A stretch of DNA of 64,000 nt. Origin: the human T2T-CHM13v2.0 reference genome, Homo sapiens. Positions 27,901-46,049 of the stretch are shown one piece after another. The position numbers and the translations under genes were made by a program. The notes beneath the pieces were generated by a model. That model had not been told where the DNA came from and did not search any database. It was given only the letters and a program-made list of their open reading frames with translations. Numbering within the stretch: the stretch's first letter is position 1; each line of letters opens with the position of its first letter. Where the stretch lies: assembly GCF_009914755.1 (NCBI RefSeq), contig NC_060932.1, one strand, 5' to 3'.

Positions 27901-29378
27901 TTTCATTTAGTTCTGCTCTGATCTTTGTTATTTATTTTCTTCTGCTGGGTTTGGGTTTGGGTTTGGATTGTTCTTGTTTCTCCAGTTTCATGAAGTGTGA
28001 CCTTACATTGTCTATTTGTGCTCTTTCAGACTTTTTGATATAGGCATTTAATGCTATGAACTTTCCTCTTAGCACCACTTTTGCTGTATCCCAGAAGTTT
28101 TGATAGGTTGTGTCACTATTATCTTTCAGTTCAAATAATTTTTTTAATTTTCATTTTGATTTCATTGTTGACCAAATGATCATTCAGGAGCAGGTTATTT
28201 AATTTCCAAGCGTGCATGGTTTTGAGGGTTCTTTTTGGAGTTGATTTCCAGTTTTATTCTGCTGTGGTCTGAGAGAGTACTTGATATAATTTCAATTTTC
28301 TTAAGTTTACTGAGACTTGTTTTGTGGCCTATCATATGGTCCATCTTGGAGAATGTTCCATGTGCTGATGAGTATGTATATTCTGCAGTTGTTGGGTAGA
28401 ATGTTCTGTAAATATCTGTTAAGTCCATTTGTTGTAGGGTATGATTTAAGTCCATTTGTTTTGTTGTTGACTTTCTGTCTGGATGACCTGTCTAGTGCTG
28501 TCAGTGAAGTATCAAAGTCCCCTGCTGTTATTATGTTGCCATCTATCTCATTTCTTAGGTCTAGTAGCAATTGTTTTATAAATTTTGGAGCTCTAGTGTT
28601 AGTTGCATATATATTTACAATTGTGGTATTTTCCTGTTGGACTAGTCTTTTTATCATTATGTAATGTCTCTCTTTGTCTTTTTTAACTGCTGTGCTTTAA
28701 AGTTTGTTTTGCCTGATATAAGAATAGCTACTTCTGCTCACTTTTGATGTCCATTTGCATTCAATATCTTTTTTTACCCCTTTACCTTAAGTTTATGTGA
28801 ATCCTTTTGTGTCAGGTAAGTCTCCTGAAGACAGCAGAAATTTGGTTGGTGAATTCTCATCCATTCTGCCATATCCATTTAAGTGGAGCATTTAGGCCAT
28901 ATACATTCAATGTTAATTTTGAAATGTGGGGTACTATTCTATTCATCATGTATTTGTTGTATATCTGAATACCTTGTTAATTTTCCATTGGGTTATTGTT
29001 ATATAGGTCCTGTGAGATTTATGCTTTAAGAAGGTTCTAGGATTTCAAGGATTTGTTTTAAGATTTAGAGCTCCATTTAGCAGTTCTTGTAGTGCTGGCT
29101 TGGTAGTGGCAAATTCTCTCAGCATTTGTTTGTCTGGAAAAGACTATCTTTCCTTCATTTATGAAGCTTAGTTTTGCTGGATACAGAATTCTTGGCTGAT
29201 CATTGTTTTGTTTAAGGAGGTTAAAAATAGCACCCAAATCCCTTCTAGTTTGTAAGGTTTTTTTTCTGAGAAATTGGCTGTTAATCTGATAGGTTTTCCT
29301 TTAGAGGTTACCTGATGCTTTTGCTTCATACCTCTTAAGATTCTTCCCTTTCTCTTGACTTTAGATAACCTGATGACT

Positions 29379-29767
<389 letters not shown>

Positions 29768-30185
29768 CTAGATCTCTAGCATGGCTGGGGAAGTTTTCCT
29801 TGATCATTCCCTCAAGTATGTTTTCCAAACTTTTAGATTTATCTTCTTCCTCAGGAACATGTTTAATATCGTCCCAAACTTCTTGGAGGTGTTGTTTATT
29901 TTTTAAATTTTTTTCTTTGTCTTTGATGGATTCGGCTAATTAGAAAGCCTTGTCTTCAAGCTCTGAGGCTTTTTTTCTACTTGTTTGATTTTATTGCTAA
30001 GACTTTCCAGTGCATTTGGCATTTCTCTAAGTGTGTCCTTGATTTCCAGAAGTTGTGATTGCTTTTTATTTATGCTATCTATTTCACTGAAGAATTTTCC
30101 TTTTATATCCTGTGTTATGTTTTTTATTTATTTAAGCTGGACTTCACCTTTCCTGGTCTTTAATTCACTTAATAGTTGATCTTCT

Positions 30186-30500
30186 ACATGGATGAAGCTG
30201 GAACCCATTATCCTCAGCAAACTAACACAGGAACAGAAAACCAAACACTGCATGTTCTCATTTATAAGTGGGAGCTGAACAATGAGAACACATGGACACA
30301 GGGAGGGAAATAACACACACTGGGGCCTGTCCAGGGGCTAGGGGGTGGGAGAGCATCAGGATAAATAGCTAATGCATTGAGGGGCTTAATACCTAGGTGA
30401 TGGGTTGATAGGTACAGCAAACCACCATGGCAAACATTTACCTGTGTAACAAAACTGCACGTCCTGCACAGTATCCTGGAACTTAAAATAAAATTTTTTA
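30186..30500 (+). mobile_element. 5'-truncated L1PA (L1PA11-13-like) 3' end inserted antisense into L1PB
   Basis: acatggatgaagctggaacc...agagcatcaggataaatagctaatgc...ggaacttaaaataaaa. Degenerate TSD ending cttct (30171-30185 and 30500-30514). Confidence 0.85.
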
Positions 30501-31767
30501 AAAATCATCCTTCTGAACTACCTTTCTGGCAATTCAGAGAATTCATCTTGGCTTGGATCCATTGCTGATGAGCTGGTATGATTTTTCTAGGGTGTTAAAG
30601 AACTTTGTTTTGTCATATTACCAGATTTTTTTTTTTTTTTAGTTCCTTCTCATTTGGGTAGACTATGTCAGAGGGAAGACCTAGAATTCAAGGGCTGCTG
30701 TTCAGATTCTTTTGTCCTTGGAGTCCTCCCTTAGATGTGGTGTTCTCCCCCTTACCCTAGGAATGAGGCTTCCTGAGAGCCAAACTGTAGTGATAGTTTT
30801 TGCTCTTCTGGGTCTAGCCACCCAGTGGAGCTACTGGGCTCCAGGCTGGTATTGGGAAGTGTCTGCAAAGAGTCCTGTGATGTGATCTGTCTTCAAGTCT
30901 TGCAGCCGTGGATACTAGCACCTGCTCCAGTGGTGGTAGGAGAGGAGTAAAGTGGACTCTGTGAGGGTCCTTGGTTGTATTTTTGTTGAGTGTGCTGCTT
31001 TTGTGTTGGTTGGCCTCCAGCCATGAGGTGGCGCTTTCCAAGGCACATCAGTTGAGGTCCTATAGGGAGGATGCAAACTTGCCTCCGATACCTAGTTAAG
31101 TATTCAGGTTTCTCAGCCAGTGGGCAGGGCTGTAGAGCTCCCAGGAGATTATGACCTTTGTCTTTGGCTACCAGGGCAGGTAGAGAAAGACCACCAGATG
31201 CAGAGAAGGATAGGCATGTCTGAGCTTAGCTTCTCCTTGGACAGGGTTTGCTGCAGCTGCTTTAGGAGATGGGAATGTGGTTCCAAGTCCAGTGGAGTTA
31301 TATTACCAGGGGAATTATGGCTGTCTCTGCTGACTTATACAGGTTGCCAGGAGAGTGGGGAGAAAGCTGGCAGTCACAGGTCTCACACCTCTCCCATGCA
31401 GCCTACAGTCCCAGAGGCTGGTCTCACTCCCACTGTGCCCCCATAACAGCACTGACTCTATTTCCAGGCAGCCAGTGACCAGGGCTGAGTCTATGAGTTT
31501 CTCCACTGAGAAAGCAAGCAGACTCACAGTTTTTTGGCATCTCAGGGAGACTGCAGCAGTGATCCAGTTCCTTCAAAGGGTCTGTGGATTCTCTCAGCTT
31601 TCCTGGTTTGTCCCTGTGGTAGTTCTTGGAGCAAAAGTTCATGCTGTGAATCTCCACATGCTGCTCTGTGCATCGGAGCGGGAGCTGCAAGCTAGTCCTG
31701 CCTCCTATTCACCATCTTAATCCTAGTATTTATATTTTTGTACAATATATATTTCTTTGGGCACTCA

Positions 31768-32178
<411 letters not shown>

Positions 32179-33048
32179 CTACTTCTATCCTCCAGGCACT
32201 AGGGAGCTATGGATGGTTTTTGAGGAGTGATTGACCTGGTCACAGTCACAGGAATTTTTGAATAAACAGCTCTTTATTTTGTTGTTTTATTTTCCTCACC
32301 TACTCTTTCCAGTGTTTACATACTTTCTTCATTTTTCTTGCCAGCAATTGGCAGTTTTTCTTTAATTTTTTTCTTCACCAAGCCTCCAAGTTTATTTCTC
32401 TCTTAAGGTCTTTATTGTTTTCCTCTTTTCAGACAAAAATTAGTTGCTGAAGCTATTTCTTCTCTGCTGCTTGATGAGCCTCCAGAGACATTGCTTACAG
32501 CCAAAGAGCTTTATCTATGACTCCCCTAAGACAGTAATAGGTGGTGGGAAACAAGCCACAGGGATCAGGGGATGAGGCTTCTGGCCTTGTCTCAGCACTG
32601 GCCTGGGGACTCTCCCTCCCCAAGCCTCAGATTCCGTGCTAACAACAAGGAGAGGACAGTGCAGAGATCCCTGAAGACCCCATCCTGTCATGACCATCTA
32701 TGACCCCAAGGCAATGAGTGAACACTGAAGTTCAAAAACATTGGTCATAGAGAAAGCACAGAGCCCTGCAGAACAGCTTGTGTCTCTCATATCAAGAGCT
32801 CAAAACTGCCAGCCCCCTGCTGCCCACACAGAGAGTTTCTCAGTCACTGGGCAATGGCTGGGCAGTGGTTTGTTCTATGGCAGAGACCACGAGAGAACTA
32901 ACGCTGCTGCACTCACCCCAGCATGCAGCCACATCAGCATCACAGAGATCAAATGCCTCCTTTCCTTGATGGGGAAAAGGTTCTTACAGAGATGAAGGTC
33001 ACGTCCCTTGCCCAAGGTCATGTGGCTGGGTTGGGGGTGGAGTGCCAG

Positions 33049-33878
33049 TGATACAAACAGGAGACAGGGAAATACTGGGTAGAAGAGGGCATTTACCCAA
33101 CAAAGGCCCCTCCCTCAAGCCTGAAGACCTGCTGCCCTAAATGAGGACAGGCATTTCTGTTTTTGTGCCCAAAAAGTTGCTTTTGGCCTGCCATTATCCC
33201 CCTGCTGCCCCATATAAACCTGAGACCTTAGTGGGCACACACACAAGCGGCTGAACATTGAGACCAGCAGATCAGCAGACGAGTGGACCGGCACACCAGC
33301 AATGGTGGAAAGATGCAGTAGGGAAAGAAAGAAGAGGAGGGACTACTGGACAACAAGGGGTGTTCAGCTGGGGGCGGTCAGAGAACAGTCTGGTTGCTGG
33401 GTGACCCGACTCCAGGAGAAGACCACCTTCCCACTCCATCCCCCCTTCCAGCTCCCCATCTATCTTGCTGAGAGCCACCTCCACCACTCAATAAAACTTT
33501 GCACTCATCCCTCAAGCTCATGTATGATGCAATTCTTTCAGGACACTGGGCAAGAGCTCAGGATACAAAAGGCTGTCACACTGGCTCTCTGCCCTTGGAA
33601 TAAGGCAGAGGGTCCGTTGAGCTGATTAACACACAAGCTGTCTGCAGATGGCAAACCTGAAAGAGCTTTGTAGCACACACCTACTTGGGCTTCAGGAGTC
33701 ACAGGCACCCACCTCTTGATGTTGCGGTGGGGCAGGAGCCCAAAAGTACTCACCTCAGCCTCTGCACCTGCCTGTCTGCATGCTTCTCCTAGGGGTTTGA
33801 GCTGCAGGGCAAACAAGCAGGTGAGCCACACCCCTGCTACACATCCTGCGAGGGAAATCAGGGAACTCTCCCTTTTCA
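33049..33878 (+). mobile_element. Solo LTR of LTR1 family (HUERS-P2-type ERV1)
   Basis: TG...CA termini (tgatacaaacaggagacagggaaatactgggtag...cagggaactctcccttttca). 4-bp TSD ccag at 33045-33048 and 33879-33882. TATAAA at 33213-33218, AATAAA at 33490-33495. Confidence 0.88.
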
Positions 33879-35726
33879 CCAGTTCATTCAATAAGAAGCT
33901 CTAAGAAATACCACCCCAGTTCCCACTATCTCCCCACTTCTACCTCTCCAGGGAGAGTGGTCTCCACTGAATTGGCATTGAGGTTAAACAGATCTAAGTT
34001 TAAAGCTTTGGTATGTCACTGACTAGCTTTGTGATCTGATTTTCAAAAGGCTCATATCTTCACATGGGTTGTTCTCAATTTCAGATGTTCTACTCCTTCT
34101 TCTTTGCCTACATCCATCTTATTCTTATCCTTTAAAATCTCTATCAGGGATCTTCTCCCTGAAGCCCTCCTGCCTCCCCCAGTCAGGTTCACTCACCCCT
34201 CCTACCCTCTTGGTAAGCCCTAGATTTAATTTGTCTCTCCCACTGGATGATGATGCTTTTTCCTTCAGTCTCTCCCATGCGAGACTGTGAGCTCCAGGTA
34301 GAAGAGGGCCACACCTATATAGCTCCCGGCAATGGGCACAGAGGACTGTAAAATGTGAGACTTTCACAGCTCAATGAAAAGGGCTGTGAGAGCACAGAGA
34401 GGACTAGAATGTAACCATCGCAGGCTCCCTGTAGCTGTAAATTCCTTGTGGATGGCAGGTGCTCAGCACAATGCTCTGTACAGGTTGTTGCTCTCAAAAT
34501 ATGAAACAAAAAGCTCAGAGATAAGTTGTTTCTATTAGTCATTTATACCATAGTATGAAGTTGACTGCATTGCCTGCCTCTTAGGGATGCTAACTTTTAA
34601 GTTTCTCTCCTTGAAGAATTAAAAACTTGTTCAGGACCGTGCATCCAGAAGCAGCAGAGAGGAGAAGGGAGGGGAAAAGAGAGGAAAAACTAAAGCTAAA
34701 GGATGTCAGCTTCTCTGAAAAGACATTTAGCCCTCATGCCCATGCCTCAGGATGGCTTCTTTTAGTAACTCAGAAGTTTTATTTCCATGAGTTCTACCCC
34801 TCCTGTGACCCTCCAGAAGCATAAGATCTCAGCAAGGCCCTCTTCTGACGCTGATATCTCCATCCTGGGCCTGCCAGAGGCAGTTTGTTTAGTTCTTTAC
34901 CTGCTGAGAGACACAGCCTTTATTTGGCAGGAAGTGTGAACAAACAGACCTGAGGCGATTTCTTTTCATCACCACCTACCTCCTAGAACAACTGTCCCTT
35001 CCTCCTTCCTTCCTTCTTTCTCCCTCAGAGAGCTTTAATGCCAAGAATACCAAATGGAGATCACAGTTCTGGGTGTGAGTCATGGTTTCACTACAGGCTA
35101 GCTCTGTGACATTCTGCCTCGGTTTCTTCATCTGTGAAATGGGACAAAGTCCTTGTCATCTCTTCCACTATGCAGTCAGTTCAGGTAAATGCATCAACGT
35201 CATGAATTCAGCGAAATGCATCACATCTTTTTTGATGGTAGGTGCCGCAGCTGCAGAAGTGCCTAAGACCAAGTTTGTGGGAAGGATTAAATGAGGCAGT
35301 GAGGAATAAGGACCAAAGTGTGGAATTATTTTCCAGAGGATACTTTGTCCATGTTCAGGACCTATGCTTTCCTGATCCATGGGGTCAGGTTCACTTCCTG
35401 GAGAGCACTGTGGTGCAAGGACGGTTGTGGCACGCGTGCCTCTTCGTCCACCAACCCATGGCAGAAATCACTGATCAACCCAACGTCATCTCAGGATTCT
35501 CCTCAATACAGGGCACCTGCAAGCCACTGACCATCAGCCGGAAGCTGAAACCTACATGCTATTACAGGAAAAAATAGCACAGCTTTGGAGTAAAACTAAT
35601 GTGGTTTGAATCTGGTTCCTCTGAAACATTGAGCAAGTTTGACAGTCTCCTTAAATGAAAGTACTCATCCATATCTGTATAAAGAATATATTTCTGCCTA
35701 ACTCCCAGGTTTCCTGTGATAATTAA

Positions 35727-36175
<449 letters not shown>

Positions 36176-36325
36176 TAAACAGGTCTTTCCTCTGATTCTC
36201 GGTTTTTACCATGTGTAAAATATTATGCATAGTGCTGTTCTCACGAGGTTGTTTTGGAGTTTCAAAGTGCTGCCCCTTGCATATGACAACTCTCGATCAT
36301 ATTGAGGTAAGAAATTATAAGTCTT

Positions 36326-36638
<313 letters not shown>

Positions 36639-38754
36639 CTAAACCAATGTGCCCCTAGCTGAAGTTCTAGCTTGCCTCAGTTTCCCTTCCATCCTCTCCC
36701 CAGTTTTGAGACTCAGTCAGCATAACTTGGGGAAGGGCCATTATTTCCAAGCAAATAAAAGAGTTAGATCTTGGTCCAGCGTGTGTGTATGTGTGTGTGT
36801 GTGTTTGTGTGTGTTGGGGTTGGGGAGGGTGGAGAGGGGAAAGATGAGTTAATTCATTCAGCAGCAGCCCTGACTACCTCCTCCTCCTAGTTTGCTCCAT
36901 CCTGGAGGGTAGGGAAGTGGAGGCCAGAGCCCGAATGTTCCTTAGAACTCTTGGGAGTCTGGTTTTCCCTCAGCCCCTTTAGGACCTTTAGTACCTCAGG
37001 GAATAAATGTCCCCACTATGCATGCTCTTGTGAAGGAAGACAGCTGGTGTGTCTCAAAGGTTTCCCCAGCTATTTCCTCTTCCCCAGTGGATCCCACCAG
37101 GGCCTGATCAGGGCTCCTAGGACACAGAATTTAAGGGGGACCTCACTCCCAGCATCCTGCAAGTGCCCATCCTGCAATTAAGAGTGAGGGCCTCCTTAAA
37201 TGTAGTCCTCAGTTCCTTGCCTGCCTCATCTAGCCTGGTCCTGAAAGTATAGAAAGAATTGAATAAAAGCATGAAATGTTAGATGGGAATGTTTGAAGGA
37301 GTGGGCTTTAGAGTTGGGCCTTCCAGGTTCAAATTCCAATACCACCACCACTTCAGTTATGGGACTTCCTGTAATTTAACTATAAATTTTTTTATCTGTA
37401 AATTGGAGATAATAATAGTACTACCTTCATACTCGTGCTGTGAGGATTACATTAGGGACTGCATTAGCATAACCGAGGAAGCATTAGTAAGAATAAAAGA
37501 ACAATTTTTATTAGACTGTATAATACTGAAAATAATAGGGATCCTGGGGAAGTGAAAGAGAACATATACCTACCAGGTGGCTGGTCCTATGCTGGGTGCC
37601 TTATATATGTTTTTTCATGTTAAGCCTCAAAAATCTTCTCTATATCATGATGTTAAGAAATTAAGGCCACAAAGTTTCAGGAACTTGGCCCAAGACGTTC
37701 AATGGATATGAAAAGGTTGCAGTAGTTGAGCTCATGTCCCTGAAATTCCAAATTCTCTGCTCTTACCTTTTGGCCTAAAGCCATCTTAGTGTGGAAATCC
37801 ATGCACTGGGTGCATGGTTCCTCAGCTGGCTCTTCATTAGGATCATCTGTGTGGCTTTATAAACATACACTTGCCAGAATTCCAGGCTTGGCTTAGAATC
37901 AACAATGAATCTGTGTTTTGAATAAGAAGCCCTGGGATGGGCATGAACTGTCAGGCTCGGGCACCATTGCAGGCTGAGTGACCTCTAAACTCTCTCTACC
38001 TCCAATTTTCTATGTAGAGCCTCATGAGAAAATGAGAGTGAAAATGATGATTAAACTGTAAGAATAAAGTGTCTTCCTAAGGAAAGGCTGGCACTTTCTA
38101 AGGACATATAATTAAAGCCCAATAGATTAAGATTCCTTTAAGAAATGAGTAATACAAAGATTAAGGCATATCTGATGTAGCTTCTTGAATGGCTGCTCAA
38201 AGATTTACAGGCAAAGGATAAATCAGCTCTTCTGAGAGAGAAGAAGATACATCTTATTGCTCACATCTGGCAGTGGAAGGTAAAGTGTGCAGAAAAGGAG
38301 AAGTGGCTGGCAATCTTCAAGCAAGGCAGCAGAAGTGCTTTTGCAAATATATTCTGGATGAAGAAAAAGAAAATCCCCGTCAAGTGAATGGTTTAGTTGT
38401 CAGTCATGAGTCAAGTGATTTGGCATGTCACATTTCTTTCTTGGGCAGGTTTTTTATCACACACAGAAAATGAGCAAAGGAACTTAGAGTAATTAGAAGG
38501 TAATGAAGTTGTCAGAATAAGCTATTGACCAAAGAGCAGACAAGGGAATAGATGAAAAATTTAAACGTTTCTAATTTAGCTGATCTGGAAGCTGCACATC
38601 CTTTGGCCATAGGGGAATTATCCTCAGTGCCTAATGAATGAGTTTTTCTGGGCAAAGCAGGGAGCATCCCAGAAGACAAAGGAAGAAGGAATTGGAATCA
38701 AAGTCCAAAATGTTAATGGTGATAGTAATAGAAATTATAATTAATCCCTTACAT

Positions 38755-38895
38755 TTTTATCTGTCTTTGCAAAGCACTTGAACATATATTACCTCATTCA
38801 ATTTGCACAGAAACCTAAGAGGGAAGAAACATCCAAGTATGTAAGTATGGAAACTTGAGGTCAGAGAGTGCAATCACTTACTTAAGGGTCGCACA
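38755..38895 (-). mobile_element. MIR fragment split by the L1PA2 insertion (continues ~44957-45010)
   Basis: caaagcacttgaacatatattacctcattcaat...gaaacttgaggtcagagag...aagggtcgcaca, continuing ggattgagacttgaattctggtc after the L1. Confidence 0.55.
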
Positions 38896-38897
38896 CT

Positions 38898-39802
38898 GGG
38901 AGGAGCCAAGATGGCCGAATAGGAACAGCTCCGGTCTACAGCTCCCAGCGTGAGCGACGCAGAAGACTGGTGATTTCTGCATTTCCATCTGAGGTACCGG
39001 GTTCATCTCACTAGGGAGTGCCAGACAGTGGGCGCAGGACAGTGGGTGTGCGCACCGTGCGCGAGCCGAAGCAGGGCGAGGCATTGCCTCACCTGGGAAG
39101 CGCAAGCGGTCAGGGAGTTCCCTTTCCGAGTCAAAGAAAGGGGTGATGGACGCACCTGGAAAATAGGGTCACTCCCACCCGACTATTGTGCTTTTCAGAC
39201 CGGCTTAAAAAACGGCGCACCACGAGACTATATTCCCACACCTGGCTCGGAGGGGCCTATGCCCACGGAATCTCGCTGATCGCTAGCACAGCAGTCTGAG
39301 ATCAAACTGCAAGGAGGCAGCGAGGCTGGGGGAGGGGCGCCAGCCATTGCCCAGGCTTGCTTAGGTAAACAAAGCAGCCGGGAAGCTCGAACTGGGTGGA
39401 GCCCACCACAGCTCAAGGAGGCCTGCCTGCCTCTTTAGGCTCCACCTCTGGGGGCAGGGCACAGACAAACAAAAAGACAGCAGTAACCTCTGCAGACTTA
39501 AATGTCCCTGTCTGACAGCTTTGAAGAGAGCAGTGGTTCTCCCAGCAGGCAGCTGGAGATCTGAGAACGGGCAGACTGCCTCCTCAAGTGGGTCCCTGAC
39601 CCCTGACCCCCGAGCAGCCTAACTGGGAGGCACCCCCCAGCAGGGGCACACTGACACCTCACACGGCAGGGTATTCCAACAGACCTGCAGCTGAGGGTCC
39701 TGTTTGTTAGAAGGAAAACTAACAAACAGAAAGGACATCCATACCGAAAACCCATCTGTACATCACCATCATCAAAGACCAAAAGTAGATAAAACCACAA
39801 AG
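38898..39802 (+). promoter_or_regulatory. L1 5'UTR internal sense promoter and antisense promoter (CpG-rich)
   Basis: YY1 motif caagatggccg intact at the 5' end. SOX-type aacaaa sites near 39368 and 39468. Many CpGs retained. Confidence 0.8.
39228..39347 (-). pseudogene. L1 ORF0, truncated to 39 aa by an apparent 1-bp insertion
   Basis: MAGAPPPASLPPCSLISDCCASDQRDSVGIGPSEPGVGI* from the ATG at 39347. gactatattccc has one extra T relative to the recalled consensus gactatatccc. Confidence 0.8.
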
Positions 39803-40819
39803 ATGGGGAAAAAACAGAACAGAAAAACTGGAAACTCTAAAACGCAGAGCGCCTCTCCTCCTCCAAAGGAACGCAGTTCCTCACCAGCAACGGAACAAAG
39901 CTGGATGGAGAATGATTTTGACGAGCTGAGAGAAGAAGGCTTCAGACCATCAAATTACTCTGAGCTACGGGAGGACATTCAAACCAAAGGCAAAGAAGTT
40001 GAAAACTTTGAAAAAAATTTAGAAGAATGTATAACTAGAATAACCAATACAGAGAAGTGCTTAAAGGAGCTGATGGAGCTGAAAACCAAGGCTCGAGAAC
40101 TACGTGAACAATGCAGAAGCCTCAGGAGCCGATGCGATCAACTGGAAGAAAGGGTATCAGCAATGGAAGATGAAATGAATGAAATGAAGCGAGAAGGGAA
40201 GTTTAGAGAAAAAAGAATAAAAAGAAATGAGCAAAGCCTCCAAGAAATGTGGGTCTATGTGAAAAGACCAAATCTACGTCTGATTGGTGTACCTGAAAGT
40301 GATGCGGAGAATGGAACCAAGTTGGAAAACACTCTGCAGGATATTATCCAGGAGAACTTCCCCAATCTAGCAAGGCAGGCCAACGTTCAGATTCAGGAAA
40401 TACAGAGAACGCCACAAAGATACTCCTCGAGAAGAGCAACTCCAAGACACATAATTGTCAGATTCACCAAAGTTGAAATGAAGGAAAAAATGTTAAGGGC
40501 AGCCAGAGAGAAAGGTCAGGTTACCCTCAAAGGGAAGCCCATCAGACTGACAGCGGATCTCTCGGCAGAAACCCTACAAGCCAGAAGAGAGTGGGGGCCA
40601 ATATTCAACATTCTTAAAGAAAAGAATTTTCAACCCAGAATTTCATATCCAGCCAAACTAAGCTTCATAAGTGAAGGAGAAATAAAATACTTTACAGACA
40701 AGCAAATGCTGAGAGATTTTGTCACCACCAGGCCTGCCCTAAAAGAGCTCCTGAAGGAAGCGCTAAACGTGGAAAGGAACAACCGGTACCAGCCGCTGCA
40801 AAATCATGCCAAAATGTAA
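39803..40819 (+). CDS. LINE-1 ORF1p (RNA-binding chaperone), intact 338 aa
   Basis: MGKKQNRKTGNSKTQ...NHAKM*, 1017 bp. REKG, ARR and YPAKLS motifs intact. The ORF track start at 39704 is a non-ATG extension. Confidence 0.93.
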   Translation: MGKKQNRKTGNSKTQSASPPPKERSSSPATEQSWMENDFDELREEGFRPSNYSELREDIQTKGKEVENFEKNLEECITRITNTEKCLKELMELKTKARELREQCRSLRSRCDQLEERVSAMEDEMNEMKREGKFREKRIKRNEQSLQEMWVYVKRPNLRLIGVPESDAENGTKLENTLQDIIQENFPNLARQANVQIQEIQRTPQRYSSRRATPRHIIVRFTKVEMKEKMLRAAREKGQVTLKGKPIRLTADLSAETLQARREWGPIFNILKEKNFQPRISYPAKLSFISEGEIKYFTDKQMLRDFVTTRPALKELLKEALNVERNNRYQPLQNHAKM

Positions 40820-40882
40820 AGACCATCGAGGCTAGGAAGAAACTGCATCAACTAACAAGCAAAATCACCAGCTAACATCATA

Positions 40883-44708
<3,826 letters not shown>

Positions 44709-45321
44709 ACAATGAGATCACATGGACACAGGAAGGGGAATATCACACTCTGGGGACTGTGGTGGGGTGGGGGGAGGGGGGAGGGATAGCATTGGGAGAT
44801 ATACCTAATGCTAAATGATGAGTTAATGGGTGCAGCACACCAGCATGGCACATGTATACATATGTAACTAACCTGCACAATGTGCACATATACCCTAAAA
44901 CTTAAAGTATAATAAAAAAAAAAAAAATCAAAAAAAAAAAAAAAAAAGGTCGCACATTACCCTCACTAGTGCAGGATTGAGACTTGAATTCTGGTCCTTC
45001 CAGCCCACAGCAAAGCCCTGTTAATTATACATTGACATGGGGAGCATTGAGGGTAATTAAAGAAATTGACAGACCGGTTAAATTAGATCCGTGCAATGAA
45101 AATTGCCAGACCCTGTTTCCTTTCTTCTTACATCCTTCCCTTCCTGCTTCCCTGGTCCCTTCTGCCCTCTCTTCATTATTCATTATTCATTATTTTAATC
45201 TAATGAAGTGGGTTCCCTGAAAAGAATCTGGGCTTCCTCTGTTTATTCTGGCTGGTGCTGCCAGTGGGGAAAAAGACCAAAAGATAATTATTTACTTAGC
45301 ACAGTTTCTGTGTTTTGCCCA

Positions 45322-45692
45322 TGATATGATTAGGCTTTGTGTTCCCACCCAAATCTCATCTTGAATTGTAATCCCCATAATCCCCACATGTCAAGACCAG
45401 GTGGAGATAATTGAATTGTGGGGGCAGTTTCCCCAATGCTGTTCCTGTGATAGTGAGTTCTCACAAGATCTGATGGTTTTATAAGGGACTCTTCCCCCTT
45501 CACTCAGCACTTCTCCTTCCTGCCGCCTTGTGAAGAAGGTGCCTTGCTTCCCCTTCACCTTCTGCCATAATTGCAAGCTTCCTAGGGCCTCCCCAGCCAT
45601 GCTGGGGAGGTTAAGTCAATTAAACCTCTTTCCTTTATAAATTACCTAATCTTGGGCAGTTCTTTATAGCTTTATGAAAATGGAGTAATACA
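45322..45692 (+). mobile_element. THE1 (THE1D-like) MaLR solo LTR
   Basis: tgatatgattaggctttgtgttcccacccaaatctcatcttgaattgtaatcccc...aatggagtaataca. TG/CA ends. Degenerate 5-bp TSD gccca/actca. Confidence 0.9.
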
Positions 45693-46049
45693 ACTCACAA
45701 GGTCTCTCTTATTCAGTGCTCAAAATCACTCTGCAAGGTAGGGTGTAATTACCCCCTCTGTTGCGCATGCAAAAACTAGGACCCAGAAAGACTAGACAAC
45801 TCACCCTAAAACTCCACTAGATAAGTTGTGCAGCTCCACCCAGTGTCTCCGTAATCAGTATTTACATTCTTTTTACTATTACTTCCATCTGCCAGGTCAT
45901 GTTGGCTGGAGAACAACAGGCCACAGAGATGACAATTTAGCCATGAAGGTAAAGGCTGAGAGTGAATATGGCTCAACCTGCAAGTCTGCAAAGATCCTTC
46001 CAGTCATTGGCACATTGTCTCCCCAGGCTCAGCCTGTCCCATAAATGTG

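Noticed and set aside
44750-44785. G-rich quadruplex-forming tract
   Set aside because: Standard feature of the L1 3'UTR, not novel.
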